Shown piece by piece: positions 8,911-18,470 of a DNA stretch of 64,000 nucleotides. Position 1 is the stretch's first letter; every line of letters starts with the position of its first letter. Made by a program: the position numbers and the translations under genes. The notes beneath the pieces are model-generated. The model had not been told where the DNA came from and did no database searches. It worked only from the letters and a program-made list of their open reading frames with translations. Origin of the DNA: Candidatus Sulfomarinibacteraceae bacterium (GTDB lineage: Bacteria; Acidobacteriota; Thermoanaerobaculia; Thermoanaerobaculales; Sulfomarinibacteraceae); NCBI GenBank assembly GCA_963796455.1, contig CAWCLO010000004.1, positions 544,001-608,000 on the forward strand, read 5' to 3'.

Positions 8911-11652
8911 ATGATCGAGACCGGACAGACTCTGCTGCACTACCGCATCATCGACAAGATCGGAGAGGGCGGGATGGGGGTCGTGTGGCGTGCCGAAGAC
9001 ACCTCGCTGGGCCGAGAGGTCGCGATCAAGGTTCTTCCGCCAAACTGGGCCGGCGATGCCGAGAGGCTTGAACGGTTTGAACGCGAGGCGCGGCTGCTGG
9101 CATCACTGAATCACCCGAACGTCGCCACGGTTCATGGGCTGCACGAAGCCGATACCAAAGCTGGAACGGTGCGGTTCATCGCCATGGAGTTGGTGCCGGG
9201 CGAGGACCTGGCCGAGCGCTTGAAGCGCGGCCCGCTCGACCTCGAGTTGGCGCTCGAGACGGCGCGCCGGATCGCTCGGGGTCTCGAGGCCGCCCACGCG
9301 GCCGGCGTCGTGCACCGCGACCTCAAACCGGCCAATATCCGGGTGACGCCCGACGGCAAGATCAAGGTGCTCGATTTCGGTCTGGCCAAGGGCGCATTGT
9401 CCGAGATCTCAGGCGACCCCGAATTGTCGCCGACCCTGACCTCCGCGGGCACGCAGGCCGGCGTCGTGCTGGGGACGGCAGCCTATATGAGCCCTGAGCA
9501 GGCGAAGGGCCACTCGGTGGACCGGCGGGCCGACATCTGGGCCTTTGGTGTCGTGCTGTTCGAGATGCTGACCGGCTCCGGGGCCTTTCGAGGCGACAGC
9601 ATTGCCGACACGATGGCTTCGGTGCTCAAGCTCGAGCCCGATTTCGAAAGGTTGCCGCCCGACACACCGGCTGGCGTTCGGCGCGTGCTGCGACGTTGCC
9701 TGCAGAAAGACCCGGATCGGCGTCTCCACTCCATTTCGGACGCGCGGATCGAGATCGAGGAAGCAGGACTCGATGCCTCACCGGACGGCGCGGAAAATGC
9801 GCACTCCGGCGACGGGGAGCATGCCGCACCTCGGAGAGGGCTCGCTCTCCCACTGTTGGCGGCCGCAGGGGTGGGGCTGGTCGTCGGCGCGCTCATCTGG
9901 TACATGGTTGGCCGGGGCGGGCCGTCAATCGACACCAGCGGTGACGGCCGTGTCCATCGTTCCGTCATACCATTGCCCGTCGGCAAGCCCCTCAACCACG
10001 GCAACAGCGTCGCCATCTCTCGCGACGGTTCGGTGTTGGTCATAGCTGCTGGGCTCGACGACGAATCGCATCTGTATCGTCGTCGCCTCGACACGTTCGA
10101 GATGGAGTTGATACCGGGTTCTGAAGGGGCCAGGTTTCCGTTCTTTTCGCCCGGTGGCGAGAAGGTGGGTTTTTTTGCCGGCGGCGAGATGAAGATCGTC
10201 TCGTCGCGTGGTAGCGGAAACGATGTCACGGTGGTGGGCGATGTGCCGGTCTCGAGGAACGGTGCCTGGGACGCCAGCGGTTGGATCTACTTCACCTATG
10301 GAGAGAGTCGTCTGGCTCGCGTCCGCCAGGAGGGAGGTGATCCGCAGGAACTCGGAGAAATCGGAGACGTTTACTCGATGCAGGCCCTCCCCGATGGGCG
10401 CGGAATCCTGCTCGCGATTATGACTGCCGGTTCCCCGACGCTACGCCAGGACACCGGGACGATCGTCGTCCTCGATCTTGACGGCAAGACCGTCACGCCT
10501 GTTCTCGATGGTGGATACAGGGCTCGATATCTCGAGAGCGGACACCTGATTTTCATACGCGGCGGCGGGTTGTTCGCGATTCCATTTGATCTGGATCGCC
10601 TCGAGGTCACGCCTCCCGCGGTCAGCGTGCAGCCCGATGTGTGGGTTGATTCGATCTGGGGCCAGTCGCGATATGACGTCTCTCCCTCCGGGACGCTGGT
10701 CTATGCAGCCGGGGGTGATTTCGCGTGGACCGTGCCCACCTGGGTTGATTTGGAATCCGGAGTCGAGGAGCCGCTGCCCATTCCTCCCGGCGTGTACAAC
10801 AATTTCAGTCTTTCACCCGACGGTACGCATTTGGCAATCCAGAACGCCAGCGGTGCGCAGGATCAGGTCTATGTCTACGACGCAGGGCGGCGGAACTTTT
10901 CGCGGCTCACCCTGGAGGGCACCAACACAAACCCGATCTGGTCGCACGACGGGCGCGAGGTGTTCTTCGCTTCGAGACGTGACGGTAAGGGCGGCCACTT
11001 ATATCGCAAACCGGCTGATGGCAGCGCACCGGCATCGCGAATGCTGACCGATGAGCAGGAGGCGCTCATCGTGACCGGCGTTCGCCATCCCACTTCGGTC
11101 ACTCCGGATGGAGAATTTCTGCTGTTGTTCACCTGGGGCCATCCGGCTCGGGGTGGGGATGTGTGGAAAGTTCCGCTTCGCGGTTCGGGCGATCCGGAAG
11201 CATTGTTGGCCTCCGATGCAAACGAGATCATCCCGAAGGTCTCGCCCGACGGAAAATGGTTGGCCTACCTCACGGATCGAACCGGGCCCTATCGGATCAT
11301 GGTGCGGCCGTTTCCGGATGTGGAGCGGCGTCAATGGGTCATTTCCGCGGGCGGTGGCTTCGATCCCCTCTGGTCGCCGCGCGGCGATGCGTTGCTGTAC
11401 CGGGAGGGCTTCGGGCGTTTGCTGCGGGTGACGGTCAGCGATGGGGGAGAGTTTGCCCCGGGGGTTGCCCGGGAGTTGATCGAGATCAGTTTCCACGACG
11501 CGGCAGGATCTTCGTTTGCCGTGTCCCCGGACGGAAAAAGGGTGTTGGTCAACAAACCGGTGGATGTTTCGATCTGGGATGAAACTCCGATCTCATTGGT
11601 CACCGGTTGGGGGGCGGAGGTGACAGCAGCGGTTGGAGCGGGAGTGAATTGA
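8911..11652 (+). CDS. Hanks-type Ser/Thr protein kinase with one TM helix and a C-terminal TolB/PD40 beta-propeller
   Basis: IGEGGMGVV, VAIKVL, HRDLKPAN, DFG, YMSPEQ; hydrophobic segment; repeated SPDG motifs; RBS AGGAGG. Confidence 0.95.
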   Translation: MIETGQTLLHYRIIDKIGEGGMGVVWRAEDTSLGREVAIKVLPPNWAGDAERLERFEREARLLASLNHPNVATVHGLHEADTKAGTVRFIAMELVPGEDLAERLKRGPLDLELALETARRIARGLEAAHAAGVVHRDLKPANIRVTPDGKIKVLDFGLAKGALSEISGDPELSPTLTSAGTQAGVVLGTAAYMSPEQAKGHSVDRRADIWAFGVVLFEMLTGSGAFRGDSIADTMASVLKLEPDFERLPPDTPAGVRRVLRRCLQKDPDRRLHSISDARIEIEEAGLDASPDGAENAHSGDGEHAAPRRGLALPLLAAAGVGLVVGALIWYMVGRGGPSIDTSGDGRVHRSVIPLPVGKPLNHGNSVAISRDGSVLVIAAGLDDESHLYRRRLDTFEMELIPGSEGARFPFFSPGGEKVGFFAGGEMKIVSSRGSGNDVTVVGDVPVSRNGAWDASGWIYFTYGESRLARVRQEGGDPQELGEIGDVYSMQALPDGRGILLAIMTAGSPTLRQDTGTIVVLDLDGKTVTPVLDGGYRARYLESGHLIFIRGGGLFAIPFDLDRLEVTPPAVSVQPDVWVDSIWGQSRYDVSPSGTLVYAAGGDFAWTVPTWVDLESGVEEPLPIPPGVYNNFSLSPDGTHLAIQNASGAQDQVYVYDAGRRNFSRLTLEGTNTNPIWSHDGREVFFASRRDGKGGHLYRKPADGSAPASRMLTDEQEALIVTGVRHPTSVTPDGEFLLLFTWGHPARGGDVWKVPLRGSGDPEALLASDANEIIPKVSPDGKWLAYLTDRTGPYRIMVRPFPDVERRQWVISAGGGFDPLWSPRGDALLYREGFGRLLRVTVSDGGEFAPGVARELIEISFHDAAGSSFAVSPDGKRVLVNKPVDVSIWDETPISLVTGWGAEVTAAVGAGVN

Positions 11653-11726
11653 ATCGTGATCGGAAACTCGAGAGGATTCTCCGACGCGCTCCCATTCGGA
11701 CCGTTTCTCGCAAGCAGCTGATATCT

Positions 11727-12698
11727 CTACAGGGCCTCATCGGCGATGACCGTGGCGACGCCGCCTCGAAGCTCGAGCACCGCCGGGCTGCCGCCGTAAT
11801 GCTCTGCCAGGCCCACGTCGACGCGCCACACCATTTCTCCACAGGCCGACGAGATCCCCGCCTTACTGACAGTGTGGCCGACCACCATCCGGCGGGCGTT
11901 CAGGGAGTCGAGGACACCTTCGAGCAGGCGGCAATCCTCGACATCCGGTTCGTCGGAATAGTGCCGGCTCCAGACCGGGCCGTCTGATGCCAGGAGGATG
12001 TCCGGTGGGTACCGCCGGTCGGCCCGGATCCAGGCCCGGGATTCCTGATTGAGACGCTCGATGCCGTAGTCCACTACACGGGGCACCACGCCGCCGTGGA
12101 CGAAAACCGTGTCACCGACGATGGTGATGACGTTGCGGTCGAGCAGCCGTCTTGCGAAGGGCTTGCCCGGACGGACGGCCCTCAGCCGCTCGTGAACCGC
12201 CTCCACTACGAGCTGCGGATCCACAGTCTCCGGATCGGCAACGGGCGTCGGCAGAAAATCGAGGAATCCACCGAGGGTCACATAGCGGAGGTCCTGCTTG
12301 ACGTTCATCAATTCGTGGTTGCCGTTGAGCACGTGCACTGCGCCGCCGGCGGCTCGCGCCTGCACGGTCAGAGCCTCGAGAAGATCGAGGATCTCGAATT
12401 CGTCGTCGCCGCGGTCGAGTTGGTCCCCGGTCTGCACCAGCACCATCGTGCCGCCGGCCCATTGATCGTGCTCGTCGATGGCTCCGGCGAGCCGCAGCGC
12501 GGTTCGAGTGGCGGCCAGATCTCCGTGCAGGTCTCCTACGGCCACGATCCGTTCGGCCGGAGGATAACGCGTTGGAAGATCCAGCGCTTCAGTCGCGGGT
12601 GCCTCAGGCGTCTCCGGTCTTGCGCAGGAAACCAGCATGGCGGCCAAGAAGATCAAGAGGAGGGGAGCGGGAACGCCACGTCGCTTTTCGATATTCAT
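11727..12698 (-). CDS. Metallophosphoesterase lipoprotein (Shewanella-like phosphatase type)
   Basis: GDLHG, GDQLDRG, GNHE, FVHGG, VVGHT and VDVG motifs; lipobox LVSC. Confidence 0.88.
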   Translation of the reverse strand: MNIEKRRGVPAPLLLIFLAAMLVSCARPETPEAPATEALDLPTRYPPAERIVAVGDLHGDLAATRTALRLAGAIDEHDQWAGGTMVLVQTGDQLDRGDDEFEILDLLEALTVQARAAGGAVHVLNGNHELMNVKQDLRYVTLGGFLDFLPTPVADPETVDPQLVVEAVHERLRAVRPGKPFARRLLDRNVITIVGDTVFVHGGVVPRVVDYGIERLNQESRAWIRADRRYPPDILLASDGPVWSRHYSDEPDVEDCRLLEGVLDSLNARRMVVGHTVSKAGISSACGEMVWRVDVGLAEHYGGSPAVLELRGGVATVIADEAL

Positions 12699-13005
12699 CG
12701 TCTGGGATGATACCCCCGAACGGCCGCGTGGTCTTCCGTCGATTTTGACCGGAAGACGGGAAGGGTCATTCCGGTTTTCATCGTTTTCGTTGCGGCCGGC
12801 ATGGCACAAAACGCTGCATCCAGGGCAAGGGACCGCGAAAAACTGGATCGGTGATTTGACGGCGTAGGGTCATTTTTCGGCACAAAACCGTCTTCGCCCT
12901 GAAGATCTCTGGAAACTCTGGCGGTGGGGAGGCGTAGGATGAAGCGGGCAGAGGCCTGTCTCATGACGTCATCGGCCCGAGCCTGAGCAATTTCGACCAG
13001 GGGGT

Positions 13006-14949
13006 ATGACGATGCGGGTTATCGACAATTCCGGACTGAAGATTCTTGTTGTGACGCTATGCCTTGCTCTCGCAACCGTTGTTGCGGTTGCTGCGGACAA
13101 CACCCTCCCAACGGTGACGCCCGACTCCAATACCGATCGCAGCGCCATCCCTGATGTCTACAAATGGGACCTGACGCCGCTCTTCGAGTCGGACCAGGCA
13201 TGGGATGCGGCGCGTCTCGACCTCCTGGCCAAAACAAAAAGTCTCGCGCAGTACGAGGGTAAACTGGCAGATCCCGCCGCTCTGACCGCCGCTCTCGAGC
13301 TCTATTTCCGCCTTCATTCCGATGCGAATTTCGTGACTCTCTACGCCAATCTCCGCCAGAGCACCGCTCTTTCGGACGCGGAGGCCAATTCGATGGTGCA
13401 ACGAAGCCTTGCCGCCATGGATCAGCTGATGGCCGCGGCGGCATTCATTCGGCGCGAGGTCTTGGCACTCAGTTCCGAGAGCCTGACGGCTGCCTACGCC
13501 GCAGAGCCCGCCCTGGCCGACTACCGTCCCTACCTCGACAATCTTCGACGGCGGGCGGACCGGCTGCTTTCCCCCGATGCCGAACGCGCCCTCGCCATCC
13601 TTGGTGACAATCTGTGGGCCGAGATCGACCTCAACGAAATTCCCTCGCCGTCGGAAGACACATTCGGTGCTCTGCTCACCGACATCCCGTGGCCCATGAT
13701 TACCGACGAACAGGGCGACAAGGTCCAGCTCAACCTCTCCAACTATTCCCGCTACCGGGCCTCGGCCGATCGCGAGGTTCGACGCGAGGCGGTGGCCGCG
13801 ATGTTCGGTACGCTGCGCCAATTCCAGCATGCTCTCGCCGCGACCCTTTCCGGTCAGTTTCAGTTCGATGTGGATCTGGCGGCCGCCCGGGGATATGACA
13901 CCGCCCTCGAGGCCTATCTGGACAAGGACGACATCGCGCTGGCGGTCTACAACAATCTCGTGTCCACCATCAATGCCAATCTGCCGTTGCTTCATCGCTA
14001 TGTCGAACTGCGGAAAAAGACTCTCGGGCTCGAGGACATCCACATCTACGATCTGTATATCCCACTCGCCAAGGGTGTCGACACCGAGGTTCCATTTGCC
14101 GAGGCCCGGCCCCTCATCATCGCTGCCCTCGAACCTCTGGGCGAGGAGTACGGCAAGGTCCTCGTCAACGGCCTCGATCCCGCCAACGGGTGGATGGATC
14201 TCTATCCGCACAAGGACAAACGCAGTGGCGCCTTTTCGGCCTCGGTCCACGGCCCGCACCCGTATGTGTTCATGAACTACCAGGATTCAATCGATGACAT
14301 GTCCACCCTCGCGCACGAATTCGGCCATGCCCTGCACTCGGAACTGGCGATGAAAGCCCAGCCCTACTCGAGCTTCCGCTACGCGCCCTTCCTCGCGGAG
14401 ATCGCCTCCACGTGCAACGAGGTGCTGTTGTCCGACTATCTGGTCAATCGATCCACCGACCCGGCCGAAAAGGCGTCACTGCTGGTCGAACGGCTCGAGA
14501 CCATCCGCAGCACGATTTTCCGCCAGACCATGTTCGCCGAATTCGAACAGAAGGTGCACGGCTTTGTCGAAGAAGGGACGCCGCTGACGGCGACCCTCCT
14601 CGAGGCCACCTACCGCGATCTGGTCCAGCGCTACTACGGGCCCGGGTACACCGTCGACAAAGATGACGGCATGGAGTGGGCCTACATTCCGCACTTCTAT
14701 TACAAGTACTACGTCTACTCCTACGCCACCGGGCTCACCAGCGGTATCGCCATCGCCGATCGGGTCAAGACCCTCGGCGAACCGGCGGCAGCGGCCTTCC
14801 TCGCCATGCTCGAAGGAGGCGCCTCCGCGCCGCCTCTCGAACTTCTGGCCGGGGCCGGTGTGGATCTCACCAAACCCGATGCCCTCAGCGCGGCGATGAA
14901 AATGTTCGAGGAGACCCTCGACGAGGTCGAAAGGCTGATGGCCGAGTAG
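13006..14949 (+). CDS. pepF: Exported oligoendopeptidase F (M3B)
   Basis: KWDLTPLF, KRSGAFS, LAHEFGHALH, AEIAST and IPHFY motifs; signal peptide. Confidence 0.92.
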   Translation: MTMRVIDNSGLKILVVTLCLALATVVAVAADNTLPTVTPDSNTDRSAIPDVYKWDLTPLFESDQAWDAARLDLLAKTKSLAQYEGKLADPAALTAALELYFRLHSDANFVTLYANLRQSTALSDAEANSMVQRSLAAMDQLMAAAAFIRREVLALSSESLTAAYAAEPALADYRPYLDNLRRRADRLLSPDAERALAILGDNLWAEIDLNEIPSPSEDTFGALLTDIPWPMITDEQGDKVQLNLSNYSRYRASADREVRREAVAAMFGTLRQFQHALAATLSGQFQFDVDLAAARGYDTALEAYLDKDDIALAVYNNLVSTINANLPLLHRYVELRKKTLGLEDIHIYDLYIPLAKGVDTEVPFAEARPLIIAALEPLGEEYGKVLVNGLDPANGWMDLYPHKDKRSGAFSASVHGPHPYVFMNYQDSIDDMSTLAHEFGHALHSELAMKAQPYSSFRYAPFLAEIASTCNEVLLSDYLVNRSTDPAEKASLLVERLETIRSTIFRQTMFAEFEQKVHGFVEEGTPLTATLLEATYRDLVQRYYGPGYTVDKDDGMEWAYIPHFYYKYYVYSYATGLTSGIAIADRVKTLGEPAAAAFLAMLEGGASAPPLELLAGAGVDLTKPDALSAAMKMFEETLDEVERLMAE

Positions 14950-14975
14950 AGAATCGTCGCGCCGTTGTCTGCGAC

Positions 14976-15452
14976 CTATTCGGGTCTATTCTCCTTGGTT
15001 GGGGGACCGAGGGGGCTCGGCGCGCAACCGGTGCGCTGCACCGTGTAGGTGCCGCCAGTGATCTTCCACTGCCCGTCAATATTCATGAGGTTGAAGGCAT
15101 CGACGCCGCAGTGGCTGAAATCGCCGTTGATATGGAAATCGTAGGGTGTCCAGACGGTCGCGATATCCCCGTCGATCCGAACCTCCGGTTCCCACATGCG
15201 CTCCAGCCAGTCGTCCTCGGCGGTTGCAAGGTCGGCGAGATACTGCTGATTGTTCGAGGCGCGAACGACCTTTTCTCCGCCAACGGTGCGCACCGAAAAG
15301 AAGAGACCCTCGGGCACCAGAACCTGCTCCGCACCCGCTACATCTTTTATGGCCATGGTGTCGAAGAACTGTTGCACCGCTGCAAGTACGGCTTCTTCTT
15401 CGGACGAAGCGGCAAGGGAAGCCATGAGAGCGATGACGATCAGAACGGTCAT
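14976..15452 (-). CDS. Exported NTF2/SnoaL-like fold protein
   Basis: Signal peptide; DGDIATVWTPYDF, HCGVDAF and DGQWKI motifs. Confidence 0.8.
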   Translation of the reverse strand: MTVLIVIALMASLAASSEEEAVLAAVQQFFDTMAIKDVAGAEQVLVPEGLFFSVRTVGGEKVVRASNNQQYLADLATAEDDWLERMWEPEVRIDGDIATVWTPYDFHINGDFSHCGVDAFNLMNIDGQWKITGGTYTVQRTGCAPSPLGPPTKENRPE

Positions 15453-15641
15453 GAGATTCCTCCAAACGATTCAGGCAACGGGGGCAGCCTCGTCCCCTAG
15501 GATTCTATAGCTTCCAACGATTGTGGCCGGAACTCGAGGCCGGAATTTTCGGAGTTCGTCGAAGTTTGTAACGGGTTACATTGCTCATCGCAATCAATGA
15601 ACACGATGAGACTCCCGCAGGGGACGAAGGAGGGGAAGACT

Positions 15642-16121
15642 ATGGTGAGAAAAACCGGCGTTACATTCGTGATTGGGTTCGCGCTCGTCGTCGCTTCTAC
15701 CAATGCTCAGGCACAATCGCTGGAGGCCGCGCTTCCGGACGGTGTCGATCAGGTTGTGCACCGGGCTGGGGAAATCCAGTGGGGACCCTGTCCGCCGGGA
15801 CCTCTTGCAGGGGACGGGTGCCGGATGGGTGTCCTCGAGGGGGATCCGAACGCGGAACAGCTATTCACTTTTCGGGTTCGCGTGACCGAGCCCTTTGTGC
15901 TGGCTGCTCATACTCACCCGCGCAACGAGCGGGTCACGGTCCTCGAGGGCGCCGTGTACGTCGGTTTCGGGGACACCCTCGACAAAGCGGCAAGTACCCG
16001 ATTCGAAGCCGGCGACTACTACGTCAACCGGGCCGGAGCCGCCCATTTCGTCTGGAGCGACGAACCGGTGACCCTCCAGCTCACCGGGATCGGGCCGTGG
16101 GCTATCCATCCCCTCGAGTGA
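15642..16121 (+). CDS. Exported cupin domain protein
   Basis: Signal peptide; VLEGDP, HTHPRNERVTVLEG and AHF cupin motifs; RBS AGGAGG. Confidence 0.82.
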   Translation: MVRKTGVTFVIGFALVVASTNAQAQSLEAALPDGVDQVVHRAGEIQWGPCPPGPLAGDGCRMGVLEGDPNAEQLFTFRVRVTEPFVLAAHTHPRNERVTVLEGAVYVGFGDTLDKAASTRFEAGDYYVNRAGAAHFVWSDEPVTLQLTGIGPWAIHPLE

Positions 16122-16199
16122 GCCGATCATCTACTGGGGGGTTCGTGCTAAATTCGGACAACGCAAACGGAATTCCCTACCCTTGATCCGCCGTTGACG

Positions 16200-16310
16200 A
16201 TGGTGGCGAACAAACCGGTGGATGTTTTGAAACGGGACGAGACGCCGTTCTCGCTCGACTGCTGGTGGGGCGCGGAAATGTCGGACTTGGTCGGCGCGAA
16301 AACGAACTGA
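16200..16310 (+). pseudogene. Orphan 36-codon copy of the C-terminus of a kinase/TolB paralogue
   Basis: Aligns without gaps to 11542-11652: 20/36 aa identical, stop codon at the same position. Confidence 0.8.
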
Positions 16311-16335
16311 TTCGGGAAGCAGGAGCAGGACTCGA

Positions 16336-18153
16336 ATGGACTATCACGCATGGATCGCCATCGCCACATTGGTCGTGGCCATGGTGCTCTTCATCAGCAA
16401 GCTGATACCTCTGGAAGCCACCGCCCTTTCGATTCCGGTGATTCTGGCGATCACCGGGACCGTCAACCCGGCTGAAGCCGCCCTGCGAGGATTCGGCAAC
16501 AACGCGGTGATCGCCCTCGGGGCGATTTTCGTGCTGTCGGCCGGGCTCAAAGAAAGCGGGGTCGCGACCTTGATGGGGCGACTCCTCGAAACGATCGGCG
16601 GCAAAACCGAGGGACGCCTGGTTCTCCTCATCATGATCACGACCGCCGTTCTTTCTGCGGTCATGTCGAATGCTGCCACGGTGGCGGTGTTCCTGCCGGC
16701 TGTCATGGTGCTCTCCCGCAACGCGAAGATCTCTCCATCGCGTCTGTTGATGCCTCTCGGATATGCGGCCATTCTCGGCGGTACCCTGACCCTGATTTCC
16801 ACCACTCCAAACCTCATCCTGGGCAGTGAGCTCGAACGACTCAGCGGGGGAGAGCGGACCCTCGGCATGTTCGAATTCGCGCTCGTCGGCATTCCGATCA
16901 CGGTGGTAGGCATCGCCTACATGGCTCTTATCGGTACCAGGTTGCTCCGCCGGCGCGGCACGGATGAAGAAACGGAAAGGGAAGGTTTTCGGGATCGGGT
17001 TCAAAGACAGTATCGATTCCAGAAAAAGCTCTTCCGAATGAAGGTTCCGTTCGGATCTAAGCTGGCCGGCAAAACCATTGCCCAGGCAAATCTTGGAAAG
17101 CAGCACCAGCTCGAGGTGGTGCAGATCCGCCGTACCACAGGCGTCAGGGAAAGATATCTGGATGTTCAGGCCGACCTGACCATCACCACCGGTGATGAAC
17201 TGATCGTTGAAGGATGGGAGGCCGATGCGGAACGGCTTGCCGCAGATCATTCGATCCTGATCGAAGCGGCCGCTGAAGGCGAGATCGACCGGCTCATGGG
17301 GCGCGGAATCAACATGGCCGAAATCACCCTTTCGCCCCACTCGGATTTCCTCGGGCGCACCCTTACCGAGATCGGTTTTCGGAACACCTTCGGTCTCTCG
17401 GTCCTCGCCATCTGGAGACGCGGCGAACCGATCGAAAAGGGCCTGGCTGAGATCCCGCTGGAGCTCGGCGACGCGCTGATCACCTACGGGCCCTTGAGGA
17501 GTATCGTCCGGCTCGACGAAAGCGATGACGTTGTCCTTCTGGACCGGCAAAGGACCGGTGAGGGGGAGGATGTTCGGCGCGCTCCGCTTGCGCTGCTCCT
17601 CCTGGCGGCCGCCCTCCTGCCACCGGTTCTCGGGTGGTACCCCCTCGCGGTCAGCGCACTCGCGAGCGCTCTCCTGATGGTGGGAACAGGGTGCGTCTCG
17701 CTTCGCGGCGCCCAGAAATCGGTGGACTACCAGATACTCTTTTTGATCATCGGGACCATCCCTCTGGGAGACGCGCTGTTCCAGACCGGGGTTGCCGGCA
17801 AGCTGGCAGCGACCCTCTTCCCGTCCGGGATGAGCCTCGGTAACATCTATGTGTTCGGGATGCTTTTTGCCATCTCGGCGATCCTCAGCACCACGTCGAA
17901 CAACGCGGCCGCGGCGGTCATCCTGGCACCGGTCGCCTACGCTGCGGCAGCCTCGAGCGGCGTTGATGTGGGCAAGACCTTCCTTGCGGTGGCCTATGGC
18001 GCGAGCTGTGCTTTTATCCTGCCCTTTGCCCACCAGTGCAATCTGATGATCATGGGCCCGGGTGGTTATCGCACCCGGGACTTCGCCAGGGTCGGCATTG
18101 GTCTTTCGATCCTGATGGGCATCACGGCTGTCACCTGTCTCGCTTTGCTCTAA
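16336..18153 (+). CDS. SLC13/DASS-type permease with two TrkA-C domains
   Basis: Multi-TM; SAVMSNAAT, GGTLTLISTTPNL, central soluble TrkA-C region, PFAHQCNLMIMGPGGY. Confidence 0.9.
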   Translation: MDYHAWIAIATLVVAMVLFISKLIPLEATALSIPVILAITGTVNPAEAALRGFGNNAVIALGAIFVLSAGLKESGVATLMGRLLETIGGKTEGRLVLLIMITTAVLSAVMSNAATVAVFLPAVMVLSRNAKISPSRLLMPLGYAAILGGTLTLISTTPNLILGSELERLSGGERTLGMFEFALVGIPITVVGIAYMALIGTRLLRRRGTDEETEREGFRDRVQRQYRFQKKLFRMKVPFGSKLAGKTIAQANLGKQHQLEVVQIRRTTGVRERYLDVQADLTITTGDELIVEGWEADAERLAADHSILIEAAAEGEIDRLMGRGINMAEITLSPHSDFLGRTLTEIGFRNTFGLSVLAIWRRGEPIEKGLAEIPLELGDALITYGPLRSIVRLDESDDVVLLDRQRTGEGEDVRRAPLALLLLAAALLPPVLGWYPLAVSALASALLMVGTGCVSLRGAQKSVDYQILFLIIGTIPLGDALFQTGVAGKLAATLFPSGMSLGNIYVFGMLFAISAILSTTSNNAAAAVILAPVAYAAAASSGVDVGKTFLAVAYGASCAFILPFAHQCNLMIMGPGGYRTRDFARVGIGLSILMGITAVTCLALL

Positions 18154-18217
18154 ACCATGCAACGGCCAACGGCAGCGACGGCGTGGCTACCTCCGGGTCG
18201 TTAGAAGGAACAGCCGT

Positions 18218-18270
18218 GGTGGTGTAGGCGTCTCGCCTGCACACCGTGCGGCCGAGACGGCCGCACCACC
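18218..18270. repeat. REP-like double-palindrome element, copy 1
   Basis: GGTGGTGTAGGCGTCTCGCCTGCA...GTGCGGCCGAGACGGCCGCACCACC; near-identical arms at 32587-32659. Confidence 0.8.
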
Positions 18271-18356
18271 AAGGCCGAAGCCCCGAAGAAATAAATTCTG
18301 TTCGCTGTCCGATACTTCCCACCTGGGCCGAGTGATCCAGGCAGCAGGACACACCT

Positions 18357-18384
18357 CTGAAGGTGGGCCTTGGCCCACCTTCAG
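18357..18384. repeat. Perfect 13-bp inverted repeat between convergent genes (REP-like or terminator-like)
   Basis: CTGAAGGTGGGCC-TT-GGCCCACCTTCAG. Confidence 0.7.
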
Positions 18385-18470
18385 GTCCATTCCTGATCGC
18401 TACCCGAGACTCCGTTTTGGACAAGGGTGGATTCCAGAGGAGTCTGCTCGCCTCGAACTGATTCGGCCGG

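Noticed and set aside
11542..16310. Diversity-generating retroelement (VR/TR pair) explanation for the duplicated kinase 3' end; FGE domain at 47688-50612 as a DGR target
   Set aside because: Differences are not confined to adenines and many are synonymous; no reverse transcriptase and no template repeat for the FGE domain in the window
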